Source: a virus
Taxonomy: Duplodnaviria > Caudoviricetes
DNA: 56,900 bases
Strand: one strand, 5' to 3'
Virus record (IMG/VR): IMGVR_UViG_3300048597_000631
Coordinates: 1 to 56,900 of that record
Notes under the pieces: model-generated
The model's input: the letters and a program-made list of their open reading frames with translations, nothing else
Databases searched by the model: none
What the model was told of the DNA's origin: nothing
Shown here: one piece after another, positions 1-9,345 of the stretch
Layout of the letters: every line of letters begins with the position of its first letter
Numbering within the stretch: position 1 is the stretch's first letter
Made by a program: the position numbers and the translations under genes

Positions 1-225
1 ATGCGCATTGAAATCTTCTTCCACACCAATGACGGCCCAAAGGGAACTGGGATATATGAAGTAGAGGAGTCGGTTGCACAACAAATGGCCAAAGACTTCG
101 AAGACTGGCTGGTAATTTCTCGAAAGCCGGTGGGCACTTACCCCGCTAAGCACGTATTTACGAATGGCGTGCTAGAACCAACAATCCTCAGCATCAAGTT
201 TAGTGAGGTTGTGGCTATAGGTTAG
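1..225 (+). CDS. Hypothetical protein, lower GC, convergent with the late operon
   Basis: 74-aa ORF starting at window position 1, followed by hairpins. Confidence 0.6.
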   Translation: MRIEIFFHTNDGPKGTGIYEVEESVAQQMAKDFEDWLVISRKPVGTYPAKHVFTNGVLEPTILSIKFSEVVAIG

Positions 226-250
226 AAAAGAGGCGACCACTTGGTCGCCT
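226..250 (-). terminator. Intrinsic terminator ending the minus-strand late operon
   Basis: AGGCGACCA-CT-TGGTCGCCT stem (231-250) followed by CTTTT on the minus strand. Confidence 0.65.
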
Positions 251-266
251 TCATATATACTCCCCT

Positions 267-320
267 AACGCCGGCGTCTGGCTCCATCCCCCTGGGCACA
301 GACGCCGGCGTTTTGTATTT
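267..320 (+). terminator. Intrinsic terminator for the + strand gene
   Basis: 14-bp stem AACGCCGGCGTCTG/CAGACGCCGGCGTT followed by a T-rich tail (TTGTATTT). Confidence 0.55.
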
Positions 321-336
321 CCGCGGAAATGCTGCC

Positions 337-783
337 CTACCCCACCGGCTCTGCCACAGGCACCAGCCAGTCCAGTGCGAACCGCTCAGCATAGCTCAGG
401 CCCAGCGCAACCGCCTGCGCATCCACCTCGTCTTCACTAATCTTGCACACAGTCACCACACGTTCCTGCGCACGCAGCTCGTTGATGGCCTTCAGGAATG
501 CCCTGTATTTGTCCGGATCGTGGAACTCGTGCTGGCCGGTCTTTTCGTTTGGCGCGCCAAACTCGCGCACCAGCTTCATGCGCAGCACCTCATAAGCGCT
601 GTGTTCGTCTACCTCGCTCAGCACCGACTTGGCCGTGCGCGTCCAGCGGTCATAGGCCTGCACGTTGCCGTCTGGCGCGAACGGCTGGTTGATGATGCGA
701 TTCATCACAGTCAGGCTGTCGACCATTTCGCCCAGCGTGGCCACCACTTCAATCATCTCGTGCGTTCTTCGTCCTTTGCTCAT
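337..783 (-). CDS. Hypothetical phage protein (possible tail-fibre assembly chaperone)
   Basis: 148-aa ORF coupled to the upstream ORF, downstream of the tail fibre. Confidence 0.6.
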   Translation of the reverse strand: MSKGRRTHEMIEVVATLGEMVDSLTVMNRIINQPFAPDGNVQAYDRWTRTAKSVLSEVDEHSAYEVLRMKLVREFGAPNEKTGQHEFHDPDKYRAFLKAINELRAQERVVTVCKISEDEVDAQAVALGLSYAERFALDWLVPVAEPVG

Positions 784-1172
784 TTCTTTACCTCGCTGCT
801 TGTTTCGCTGCTTGTTTCAACAGACGCCGGCGCCGCTATCGGACCCTGCACCGGCTCTGCCTCGACGGCATCTTCCGGCACGATGCCGGCCATGCGGCCA
901 TACTCAAGGATTACGCCGGCCAGAACATCTTCCAGCGTGCCGCCGCGCTGGAGGATTTCGAAAATGAAATCTGATGCCGAAGCCAGCACTGCCCGGAGCG
1001 ATTCACCTGTCAAATTTGCGGAGTATGACTCCACAAAGGCATCGTCCATGTATGCCCTGATAACGAGCATTACAGACGGTGTGCCGTCTTCGGACCATCT
1101 GCCTTCGATGTGCGAAGGCTTCCACTTGTTTGCCTGTTTGAGAATGACAGGCTCATTGGTGATGAGTGGCAT
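780..1172 (-). CDS. Hypothetical phage protein
   Basis: 130 aa, GGAG Shine-Dalgarno (SD), overlaps neighbours in the operon. Confidence 0.65.
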   Translation of the reverse strand: MPLITNEPVILKQANKWKPSHIEGRWSEDGTPSVMLVIRAYMDDAFVESYSANLTGESLRAVLASASDFIFEILQRGGTLEDVLAGVILEYGRMAGIVPEDAVEAEPVQGPIAAPASVETSSETSSEVKK

Positions 1173-1476
1173 GAAAATCTCCGTGTGAAACGAAAGGCGA
1201 AAACAGTCTAAACAGGCATCTCATCTCGAACAGGCTTGCGTGCTGGTCCACGCGAACGACCAGCACGGCGAACGGATCGCCGCAGCGGTACCTCACCATG
1301 AACATCTGGCCTTTCGCAGATTCACCCCAGCACTGCACCCACCATGCATCAACCTGGCTGCATCCGTCGCGCGCCGGCGCGGTGATCGTCACGCCCTGCG
1401 TGGGCGAAAACACCTGCACCAGCGCGTCCGGCTGCGCAGCGAGCAGCGTCAGGGTGAGCACAGCAGTGACAATCAT
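1153..1476 (-). CDS. Small secreted protein
   Basis: Signal-peptide-like N-terminus, Cys pairs, C-terminal 'LFSPFV' resembling the Chloroflexota 'xxLPxV' motif. Confidence 0.6.
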   Translation of the reverse strand: MIVTAVLTLTLLAAQPDALVQVFSPTQGVTITAPARDGCSQVDAWWVQCWGESAKGQMFMVRYRCGDPFAVLVVRVDQHASLFEMRCLFRLFSPFVSHGDFHATHHQ

Positions 1477-1478
1477 GA

Positions 1479-4253
1479 TTAGTAGAAATAGCCGACAACG
1501 TTTGCGTAAATGCGATCAGTCCCCGCGCCGGCGATGCTGTAACCGATCTGATGGTTGATGTTGATGTTGATGATTGCGGTGATTTCAGACCAGTAAAGTG
1601 TGTTTGCGCGGATCGTCGCGTGATTTGTCGATCCGTCGCCAATGTCGAGGCGATTGTTTTCACTTGTCGATGTCCACTTTGCACCCAGCCTGACTGCGAT
1701 TGCCTTTGCGCCGACAGGGATGTTGTTCCCGTTGGCATTGAGCGTTATCACGTAGTTGCCCACTGCACGCCCGAGTCCAGCGTTCAAGGCAAATCCTGTT
1801 GTGTCAACAAGCCACACGTAACCGGTAAGGGGCACATAGATGCCGCCGGCGACGCCATTGCGGTTGAAGCCGCCATCACCGCGGATGATGTTGGGTGTAT
1901 AGATCGCCTTGTTGTTGTACGCGCGCAGCCACGTGGTATCGATCATGTACCAGCCGCCACCGTAGGTCTCAGAATACCAACCCGAGTCACCAACTGATCT
2001 GAACCAGTTGTTTGAATAAATGGTTCTGCTCTGCGGGGTCAGATCTATGTTCGAGTAAGCCGCAATCGTGTTACTGGCAGCAGCAAGACAGAGATCGCCA
2101 GCGTCAGCATAAATGCCCCATCTGTTCCACACAGCACCCACGCGCAATCCCTGACCTCCTGCGGTGACAGTTTCGTTGTCCCTGAAGTAATTTCGGCCAG
2201 CAGTGCCCTGGATGGACACACCGGACACCGCCAGCGTGCCTTCAACCGACACGCCCCCGCCGCCGTTCGCGCCGGCCGGCGCGCGCAGAATGATCTGCGT
2301 GCCTTTTTGCCCGACATATGCACCGTCCGACCAGCGGTAGTGGTTGACGGCAAACGTCTCGATCACCAGCGCGCTGTTGAAATCGATCGTGCCCACGTTG
2401 GGCTGGTAGCTGTCGGCATAGATGCGCCCCAGTCCCGCAGCGCCGGCCAGCGTCCAATGCTCGAACGCCAGGTGCGGCTGCCCTGTCTCAAACGCGATGG
2501 GAATGGCCGCGCCGGTTGAGTTGATGCGACCCGCTTTTGCGAGCAGCATCGAATTCTGCAACACCGCGCTCTCCATCACCGTGGTGCCGCTGACGTAGAT
2601 GTTGCCGGTGAAATCCGCGACTGTGCCATAGGTGTAAAAGCCGACGCTTTCAGAGCTTGGAGACAGCCTCACAACATTGGCGGTGTTGTTGCGCACAAAC
2701 AACGTGCCGGCGTTGGTGATATGCACGTTGCTCTTGCCCGTGCCCACCTCGCCGATGGTGAGGTTGCCGCCCGTGTCCCACTGGCCCTTTGCCACGCTCC
2801 CATACATCACACGAAAGCCGTTCGTCGCCTCGGCTGCCACCCACGTGCCGGCCGCATTGCCGGCGGCAAAGCCGAATGTGTTCGTGCCGCTATAGCCTGC
2901 GCCCCACCCGTCCAGCTTGCCGGCGCGGTAGCGCACAACACTGCCGGTGGCAGGGTGCCCTGTCCACTGCACAGCCTGTGTGTAGGGCGAATTTGCGCCA
3001 TACACGCCGTCGATGGCGTTGGTTTCCCAGATGCCGTTGCCGCTCGTGCCGTAGTCCAGCACGATGCTGTCCACAGGCACGACGGTGCCGGCGGCCATTG
3101 CGCCGGCGTTGAGCGCAACCGAGCGGGTGAATGTCCACGACTGCAAGCCTGCGTCCGCACCCGTGCCGTCCGCGTAGCTCGTCACCACACCCCAACAGTC
3201 GCTAATCGACAAACTGCCGCCGCTGCGCAAGAACGTGCGCACGCGCACGATGTCGCCTGACTGGAAGACGGCCATGTCGGGCGCGCTGGGCAGGTCGCGC
3301 GGCCACAGTGTCGCCGATCCGCCCGCCGCCGGCGCCGTGAACGGCTTGCCAAGCATCGCCACACTCTTGCTGATGATCTGGCCGCCGGCCAGCGCCTGCT
3401 CGAGGTCGGCGATGAACGACTTCGCGTGCATCTCGTCGACAAACACGTAACGGAAATCTGCAGCGCCGGCGCTGTTGATGCGCCAGCCAGAGGACTGCGA
3501 CGTGTATGCCTCGCTGCCGACGTAGCCGACAATGTGCGTGTTGTCCCACAGCTTCACGATACGCTGGCCAGCCGTGGTGCCGGCGCCCACGATGTCGAGC
3601 GCGCCAGCGGTGAAGGTCTGGTAGCCGATCTTGCCGGCATCGGCCTGTTTGCCGGCGATGCCGGCGCCGTATTCAGTCGCCATTGCGCCGGCGACGCGCT
3701 GCCCGGCGTTGAACGTATGCACGCCTGACCAGTTCGGCAGGATCGCCGGGTTGATGGCCGGCGCCGCATCGCTGCGCATCGCTGTTGTCGCCGTGCCGTT
3801 GATGGCAGTCATGCCGGCGAGCGCAGTTGGGTTGCCGAAGCCGCTGAACTGGCCGGGGAGATCGGCAGGGCCGATGGCCCTGAACGCCGGTAGGCCACTG
3901 GCCGAGATGGGCGATGCAAGAAAGAGGTTTGCGCTCAGCGTCGGCAGGGTGTGATGCGCGCCAAGCAGATCGTGCGGCGAGGGCGCGCCGGAGAAAGCTC
4001 CAGACCCTCCCATCACCGCGCTTGATCCAGATGCACCACCGCCTGCCCCACCCTGCACGCTATAAGTGCCGCCGGAATAACGCAGCCGGACAGACTGACC
4101 CACCGATGCGCCCTCGATTGCCAGACCATTGATCACATCACCGCCAGCAAGCTGCACGCGGCAGGACTTGCCCGTGATGGCGATCACGGTGCCGAACGTG
4201 TCACGCTCAAGTTCCGGGAGCATCGCTCCGGTAAATGTTGCAGGCGGTCTCAT
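1479..4253 (-). CDS. Tail fibre / receptor-binding protein
   Basis: 924 aa, Gly/Thr-rich; 'NWFRSVGDSGWYSETYGGGWYMIDTTWLRAY' motif typical of fibre and PilV/shufflon-like segments; follows the tail tip gene. Confidence 0.75.
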   Translation of the reverse strand: MRPPATFTGAMLPELERDTFGTVIAITGKSCRVQLAGGDVINGLAIEGASVGQSVRLRYSGGTYSVQGGAGGGASGSSAVMGGSGAFSGAPSPHDLLGAHHTLPTLSANLFLASPISASGLPAFRAIGPADLPGQFSGFGNPTALAGMTAINGTATTAMRSDAAPAINPAILPNWSGVHTFNAGQRVAGAMATEYGAGIAGKQADAGKIGYQTFTAGALDIVGAGTTAGQRIVKLWDNTHIVGYVGSEAYTSQSSGWRINSAGAADFRYVFVDEMHAKSFIADLEQALAGGQIISKSVAMLGKPFTAPAAGGSATLWPRDLPSAPDMAVFQSGDIVRVRTFLRSGGSLSISDCWGVVTSYADGTGADAGLQSWTFTRSVALNAGAMAAGTVVPVDSIVLDYGTSGNGIWETNAIDGVYGANSPYTQAVQWTGHPATGSVVRYRAGKLDGWGAGYSGTNTFGFAAGNAAGTWVAAEATNGFRVMYGSVAKGQWDTGGNLTIGEVGTGKSNVHITNAGTLFVRNNTANVVRLSPSSESVGFYTYGTVADFTGNIYVSGTTVMESAVLQNSMLLAKAGRINSTGAAIPIAFETGQPHLAFEHWTLAGAAGLGRIYADSYQPNVGTIDFNSALVIETFAVNHYRWSDGAYVGQKGTQIILRAPAGANGGGGVSVEGTLAVSGVSIQGTAGRNYFRDNETVTAGGQGLRVGAVWNRWGIYADAGDLCLAAASNTIAAYSNIDLTPQSRTIYSNNWFRSVGDSGWYSETYGGGWYMIDTTWLRAYNNKAIYTPNIIRGDGGFNRNGVAGGIYVPLTGYVWLVDTTGFALNAGLGRAVGNYVITLNANGNNIPVGAKAIAVRLGAKWTSTSENNRLDIGDGSTNHATIRANTLYWSEITAIINININHQIGYSIAGAGTDRIYANVVGYFY

Positions 4254-7200
4254 GGCCTAAACCCCCTGATTTGATAGGTGGCTTCCCAGGCGCGATTACC
4301 CTCGTTATCCACACTCGCGCGCACCGATTTTGTGGTGAGCACATGCGGCGAGCTTGCGTGAGACGGCGAATCGCCTCCCGGCGTATACGACAGCGCGAGT
4401 GAGTCCTCGGGCTGCAGGTGCAACAGCGGCACCGCATCAATGGTGTCTACATCCGCAAATTCGCCGGCCTCGCGCATCTGCAAAAGCGCATCCGCACCGG
4501 CCGTCTGCCAGTCCCCAACGGTCTCATTGGTAATGCTGGCAAATTGCGCGCCTTGAGCTTGTGCGAGCAGCTCGTCGATATATTCGCCTGATATCTCCGC
4601 GCCGGTGACCTCAACGTGCGGGCGCTGCACCACATCGCTGGCGCCATCGACGTGCCGCCACATGTTTTCGCTCAGGCTGCCGGCGTCGTCTCGGATCCAA
4701 AAACGTGCAAATTCCATGCCGCCAGCAGCCGTTGAGCGAGCTCGGATGTGTCGGCCCTCTTTGATCGTGTCGATGTTCATTGCCGCGCTTGATCCTTTTT
4801 GCGCGGTGTGGCGCGACAGCTCGTCGCCGAGCTCGAGCACACGGATGGTGGCCGTGTAACCAGGCACTGTGCCGGTGTGGCTCACCTGGATGGGGCCGGC
4901 ATCGTCGCGTCGCCATGAGGTGCTGCCATCCGTCATGTCGTCGAGATTAAACGTCCAGAATGGCTTGCGGTTGATCTCAACCACAACACGCTCACCGCAA
5001 ACCGCAACGCGCAGGTCGACCAGTTGCGATGTAATCTCGCTCAACGTGTAATTTGGATTGGAGCCGCTCACCACGCCGGCGACATTCACGTCGGTGTCGG
5101 GGATTGGGATGACCTTCAACCAGCGATCACCGTTTGCATCGGCGGCGATGTCCGTCGATGTGGTGGCCAGGCCAATGCGTATGACGCCAGGCCGGCCGGC
5201 AGCATAGTCGGCTGCGGTGGCATATTGCTGGATGCTCAGGCGGTAATAACCCCGAAAGAAAATGTTGAGCCGGCGCTCGTTGGCAATGCCGCCAGCGTTG
5301 GTGTCGTTCCCCGGGATGTGCACCAGCGCATCAAGCGTGAAGTTTGCCAGGTTGGTGCGCAGCGGCAGCGACTGCGGCGTTGTGGTGATGGTGCCAGACC
5401 AATTGGCCGTTGGCGCGCTGTGATCGTTGCGAAACACTGCATTACGCACACCGGCGAGAGCCGCCAGCCTGCGCAGTCCGTCCTCGACGGTTTGAAAGCG
5501 GCCCGCGTAGCGTGCCCAACGACTCACAATAACTTTCGACACATTGCCGCTCGCATCACGCGGGGAATACAGCACCGGTGCGTCAGCATCATGTGTTTCT
5601 TTCTTTGTATTCCATTGGCCGCGCCCACTCAATACGACGAGGTCGCCCTCGCGCTGGGTCTTGGCGAGCGCAGGATTGATCTCACCGTTGGCAAGCACGA
5701 TGTTTGGATCGGCGCCACGCACGCTGTTTTCAAAGGGCTTGTCGAGCGTGACGTATGACGTGTTGCCGACGGTCGGACTGGCAACCTTTGTTGCGCTGGC
5801 CACGTAATATTGCTTGTCGTCGCGGATCTCTCCGCCAGACTTCGAGACAACTTCCGCGAGCAGACCGGCCGGATTGATGCTGAAGTTGGTTTGGATATCC
5901 CCCAAATCGTCGCCTGGTTGGGCGCCGGTGTTGGAGCGCCAGTTGCGGAGAGTGCTGGTCGGCCCGGCGACTTCTGCAAGCGGCGCATAGAACGCCGGCA
6001 CAACGGTCCATGTGTTTTGAGCGAGCATGCCGCGCTTGTAGAACGTGAAGCCAGCGTAACGCAGGCACTCATCATCGACATCCAGATATGACGACGCAGG
6101 CAGTCCATGGGCGGACGGCGCGCCATCAAACACATACCCGTGATGCATCACCACACGCCACACGCTGGGCTCGCTGCCACCCGAATAGAGAGGATCGTCG
6201 TCGCTTGCAATTGGATTGGTTTCATCCCATCCAACCCGGGTGCGGTTCTCATATCCAGACCACAACCAGAAGCGCACACCATCGCTGTCCAGCATGCGAA
6301 TGGACGATGCCGTGTTGTCGTCTGAGATGAAAATGGCGCGCCCGCGAATTGATCTTCCCAGCTTTCGGGCTTTAGGGTCAATCGGAATGGCCAGATCGCC
6401 AAGCTCATCAGCCTCAGTCGCCACGTAGTTGCGCTTGCCGCAATCCGCAAAACCCCAGATATTGTCAGTCGCCAGCGTCTGGATGTAGCCATTTGCGCCA
6501 GGCGCAGTCAGATCGTAGTGTGATGTGAACGTGACGTTGTTGCCGGTGATCGAGGCGATCTTCAGGATCTTGTCAGAATTGTCTGGAATACGCAGGCGCA
6601 CATACTGCCCGACAACGAGCATGGAAGGCGTGGCCGTGCAATTAACGCTCAGACGGTCGCCAATAGGCGACTGCCCATTGCACTGAACAGCGATCACGCT
6701 GTAGTCGGCCAGCTTCGCGTTATTGGCTGCATGCGTCAGCGTTTGCTCCACGTCGTCGTATGCACTCGCCGCAAATGCGGCGGTGTCTCCCCACACATCA
6801 GTGGATAACGCAAGGCCGCACTGATCTTCTCCGGCCTGCGAGCGCTTCGCCTGCCAGTCGAACAAAAACTCCGACCAGAGGGTGTATTGCGCATTGGCGG
6901 CCCATGTCGTCGAGCCAGTCACGCGCGGCTTCACAAACACCTGAACGCGCCGACCGCTGATGCGGACCGCCACGTCATACAGATATCCCTTGATCAGTTG
7001 GTAATTGAACGCCGCTCGATACGCTCCAGGCGTCGCCTGGGTGCGCAGGCCTGATGCCAGCGCCGGCGACCAGGCCCACAGCGTGTTTGTTTTGTCCTTG
7101 AAATTCCAGCCGGTGTCTTCTTTGTCGGGGTCATCAGGATCGATGCTGTTGAGCTTGATCGTGCGCACCCTTGGGCGGTCGCAAGTCTCATACGCTGTCC

Positions 7201-8956
7201 ACGTGTTATATCTCGGCACGACGACAACATTGCCGTTGCCGTCGTCATCGCAGCCAAACACAAAACCGATGGACGACACGGCGTAGTTGTCGCCGCCGTC
7301 CATCTGCACCGTCGCCTCCATCAGCGCATCACCGGATTCATCGCTTTCCACGAGCGCAATGAAGGGCTGATTGCGTCCGTCATACACCAGGCCGTTTTTG
7401 GTGGCCTTGTAACCGCGCTCAGCCGGCGTCTTGAGGTTGAGCGCATCCAGTTCAGACAACGTGGTGCGCAGTGCCAGCTGGCTTCGCAAATCCGTCTCTG
7501 TCAGCAGGTTGTGATCGATCAGCTTCTTCTGCCCAAGGTCGCGCGCGGTGATCGCGAGCGCGCCGTGATCGACGCTTGTCTCGCCGGCTGCAAGCGCGGT
7601 GCGCTGCAGGTCATCAATGCCATATACGCCGTAAGCCTCGGCATTGCCGTCATAGCCCAGCTTGAGATATAGCGCCGCGCCATTGCGTACATGCGCATGA
7701 CCATCCCACAGCATGCCGCCACCGGCGGTCGAAGGGTTGGCAAGGCTGAGCGTAAGCTGGTCGGCGGCCTCAGCCGTTTCATCAATGCCAATGCTCTCGA
7801 TGTAGTCGTCGAGCGTTACGGATGCGCTGGCTGCCGGCACTTGCAGTTGGGTGACCGCCGCCGCAAACCCCTGACCGGCGCCGGCGTAATACAGCGTGGC
7901 AGGCGAGTCGTTGCGCAGGAGCAGCGCGCCACGGCAGTCGGTTTTTGTGATGAAGCTTGAGCGCTCATACAGGCTCCAGTGCCACGCATCAGCGGACTGC
8001 AAATACAAATCGAGCGCGGCGACTTGAATCGTGCTGGCCGGCGACACGCGCGTTTTCCGGGTAAAGCGCGCGGTGAGATAGAACACGCTATTGATGCGTG
8101 TGACCGATGCAGGCATAAGGCCGACCAAGCTGGCGCCGGCAGCGATGGGTGCAACGGGTACAAGCGCAGACTCAATGCCTGACTTGATATAAAACTGCAC
8201 CGCGCGGCCGTTTTGCTGATCATTCGCGATCACATGGATTGCGCCTGTTTCGGTGTTCGCGATGGCGGTGATGTATGAGCAGTACTTGGCGCACGAATAC
8301 CATGCACTGTATGCCTCCGAATCAAACATCGGGATCTGGATCAGCGTGTTGAGCACAATGGCAGCGCTCGCCGCCCCTGGGATCCAGTAGAACTGAATGG
8401 TCGAAAGCTTCAGCGTAAAGTCGTGCGTGCCGACGGCGACAACAACGCCATAGTCAGTCGGGCACACCGCCTCCACCCGCCGCACGCGCGACGAGTTATT
8501 GCTGAAAGCCTCACCGAAGGCCAGACCGTAATTCGAGAGCGACACAGACACCGGGTTGGTGGTGCTCGTGAGCGTGGCGCGCTTCACCTGCACGCCGGCG
8601 CCGTCCATCGTAGCGGTGTAAAGCCGGATTGTGCCGCCTTCGTTGACGATGGCCGAGCGCATCGTCTGCACCGACAGCGTCGTGTCTGCCGCCGGCATGC
8701 CATAGTCAGCGTTGTTTGACGTGTCGAACACGCGCAAATAAATGACGCCGGTGTTGTGCATGTAGGTCGCATAAGCGAGCGCGCCTGTATTGCGCATGCA
8801 GAAAGACTGCGCAATCTGTGTGTCGAGAGTGCCGGGGCTGCTCGTGGCAAACGCCGCAAAATGCAGCACCTCGTCGCGCGCGTTGATCGCGATGGCTGGG
8901 TTCACCAGCGGCTGCTGCTGGGCGGCAAGGTTCGCGCCGGAGATGCTGCGCATCAA
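4250..8956 (-). CDS. Large tail tip / baseplate hub protein
   Basis: 1568 aa, beta-rich, directly after the Dit-like gene and tape measure. Confidence 0.7.
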   Translation of the reverse strand: MMRSISGANLAAQQQPLVNPAIAINARDEVLHFAAFATSSPGTLDTQIAQSFCMRNTGALAYATYMHNTGVIYLRVFDTSNNADYGMPAADTTLSVQTMRSAIVNEGGTIRLYTATMDGAGVQVKRATLTSTTNPVSVSLSNYGLAFGEAFSNNSSRVRRVEAVCPTDYGVVVAVGTHDFTLKLSTIQFYWIPGAASAAIVLNTLIQIPMFDSEAYSAWYSCAKYCSYITAIANTETGAIHVIANDQQNGRAVQFYIKSGIESALVPVAPIAAGASLVGLMPASVTRINSVFYLTARFTRKTRVSPASTIQVAALDLYLQSADAWHWSLYERSSFITKTDCRGALLLRNDSPATLYYAGAGQGFAAAVTQLQVPAASASVTLDDYIESIGIDETAEAADQLTLSLANPSTAGGGMLWDGHAHVRNGAALYLKLGYDGNAEAYGVYGIDDLQRTALAAGETSVDHGALAITARDLGQKKLIDHNLLTETDLRSQLALRTTLSELDALNLKTPAERGYKATKNGLVYDGRNQPFIALVESDESGDALMEATVQMDGGDNYAVSSIGFVFGCDDDGNGNVVVVPRYNTWTAYETCDRPRVRTIKLNSIDPDDPDKEDTGWNFKDKTNTLWAWSPALASGLRTQATPGAYRAAFNYQLIKGYLYDVAVRISGRRVQVFVKPRVTGSTTWAANAQYTLWSEFLFDWQAKRSQAGEDQCGLALSTDVWGDTAAFAASAYDDVEQTLTHAANNAKLADYSVIAVQCNGQSPIGDRLSVNCTATPSMLVVGQYVRLRIPDNSDKILKIASITGNNVTFTSHYDLTAPGANGYIQTLATDNIWGFADCGKRNYVATEADELGDLAIPIDPKARKLGRSIRGRAIFISDDNTASSIRMLDSDGVRFWLWSGYENRTRVGWDETNPIASDDDPLYSGGSEPSVWRVVMHHGYVFDGAPSAHGLPASSYLDVDDECLRYAGFTFYKRGMLAQNTWTVVPAFYAPLAEVAGPTSTLRNWRSNTGAQPGDDLGDIQTNFSINPAGLLAEVVSKSGGEIRDDKQYYVASATKVASPTVGNTSYVTLDKPFENSVRGADPNIVLANGEINPALAKTQREGDLVVLSGRGQWNTKKETHDADAPVLYSPRDASGNVSKVIVSRWARYAGRFQTVEDGLRRLAALAGVRNAVFRNDHSAPTANWSGTITTTPQSLPLRTNLANFTLDALVHIPGNDTNAGGIANERRLNIFFRGYYRLSIQQYATAADYAAGRPGVIRIGLATTSTDIAADANGDRWLKVIPIPDTDVNVAGVVSGSNPNYTLSEITSQLVDLRVAVCGERVVVEINRKPFWTFNLDDMTDGSTSWRRDDAGPIQVSHTGTVPGYTATIRVLELGDELSRHTAQKGSSAAMNIDTIKEGRHIRARSTAAGGMEFARFWIRDDAGSLSENMWRHVDGASDVVQRPHVEVTGAEISGEYIDELLAQAQGAQFASITNETVGDWQTAGADALLQMREAGEFADVDTIDAVPLLHLQPEDSLALSYTPGGDSPSHASSPHVLTTKSVRASVDNEGNRAWEATYQIRGFRP

Positions 8957-9342
8957 TTCACCTTCCTTAAGCTCAAGTCGATGGAATACCAGCCATCCGT
9001 GCCTTCCATGGCCGGCGCAAGCTCCGGCACAAGCGCCGGCGCGCCTTCAATGATCACGTTGCCCTGCGAAGCGCCCCAGATGTCGGTGAACGCGAGTGTC
9101 CTGCCGCTCACGGTATTGGCGTCGAGCAGCGCTTGCACCGCGCTGCGCGAGTGGTAGCCGGACGCCGGCACATCCTGCACCAGCGCGGTGAACGTCCACA
9201 CCTTCGCGTGTGCGCCGATCACGGCATATGATTTTGCGCTGAGTGTGTTTCGTCCGCTGGCCGGCTGGCCGGGTTGCCGCCATGTGTTCAGGCGCACATA
9301 CAGCTTGCTCGCGCCCAGGGTGACAAACTGGTTGTATGCCAT
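8953..9342 (-). CDS. Distal tail (Dit-like) protein
   Basis: 129 aa, immediately downstream of the tape measure. Confidence 0.55.
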   Translation of the reverse strand: MAYNQFVTLGASKLYVRLNTWRQPGQPASGRNTLSAKSYAVIGAHAKVWTFTALVQDVPASGYHSRSAVQALLDANTVSGRTLAFTDIWGASQGNVIIEGAPALVPELAPAMEGTDGWYSIDLSLRKVN

Positions 9343-9345
9343 GGG

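Noticed and set aside
241-1188. 315-aa + strand ORF
   Set aside because: Crosses terminator hairpins and overlaps coupled minus-strand genes
1479-2300. Shufflon-type invertible tail-fibre cassettes
   Set aside because: Only a PilV-like protein motif is present; I saw no inverted alternative C-termini, crossover repeats or adjacent invertase
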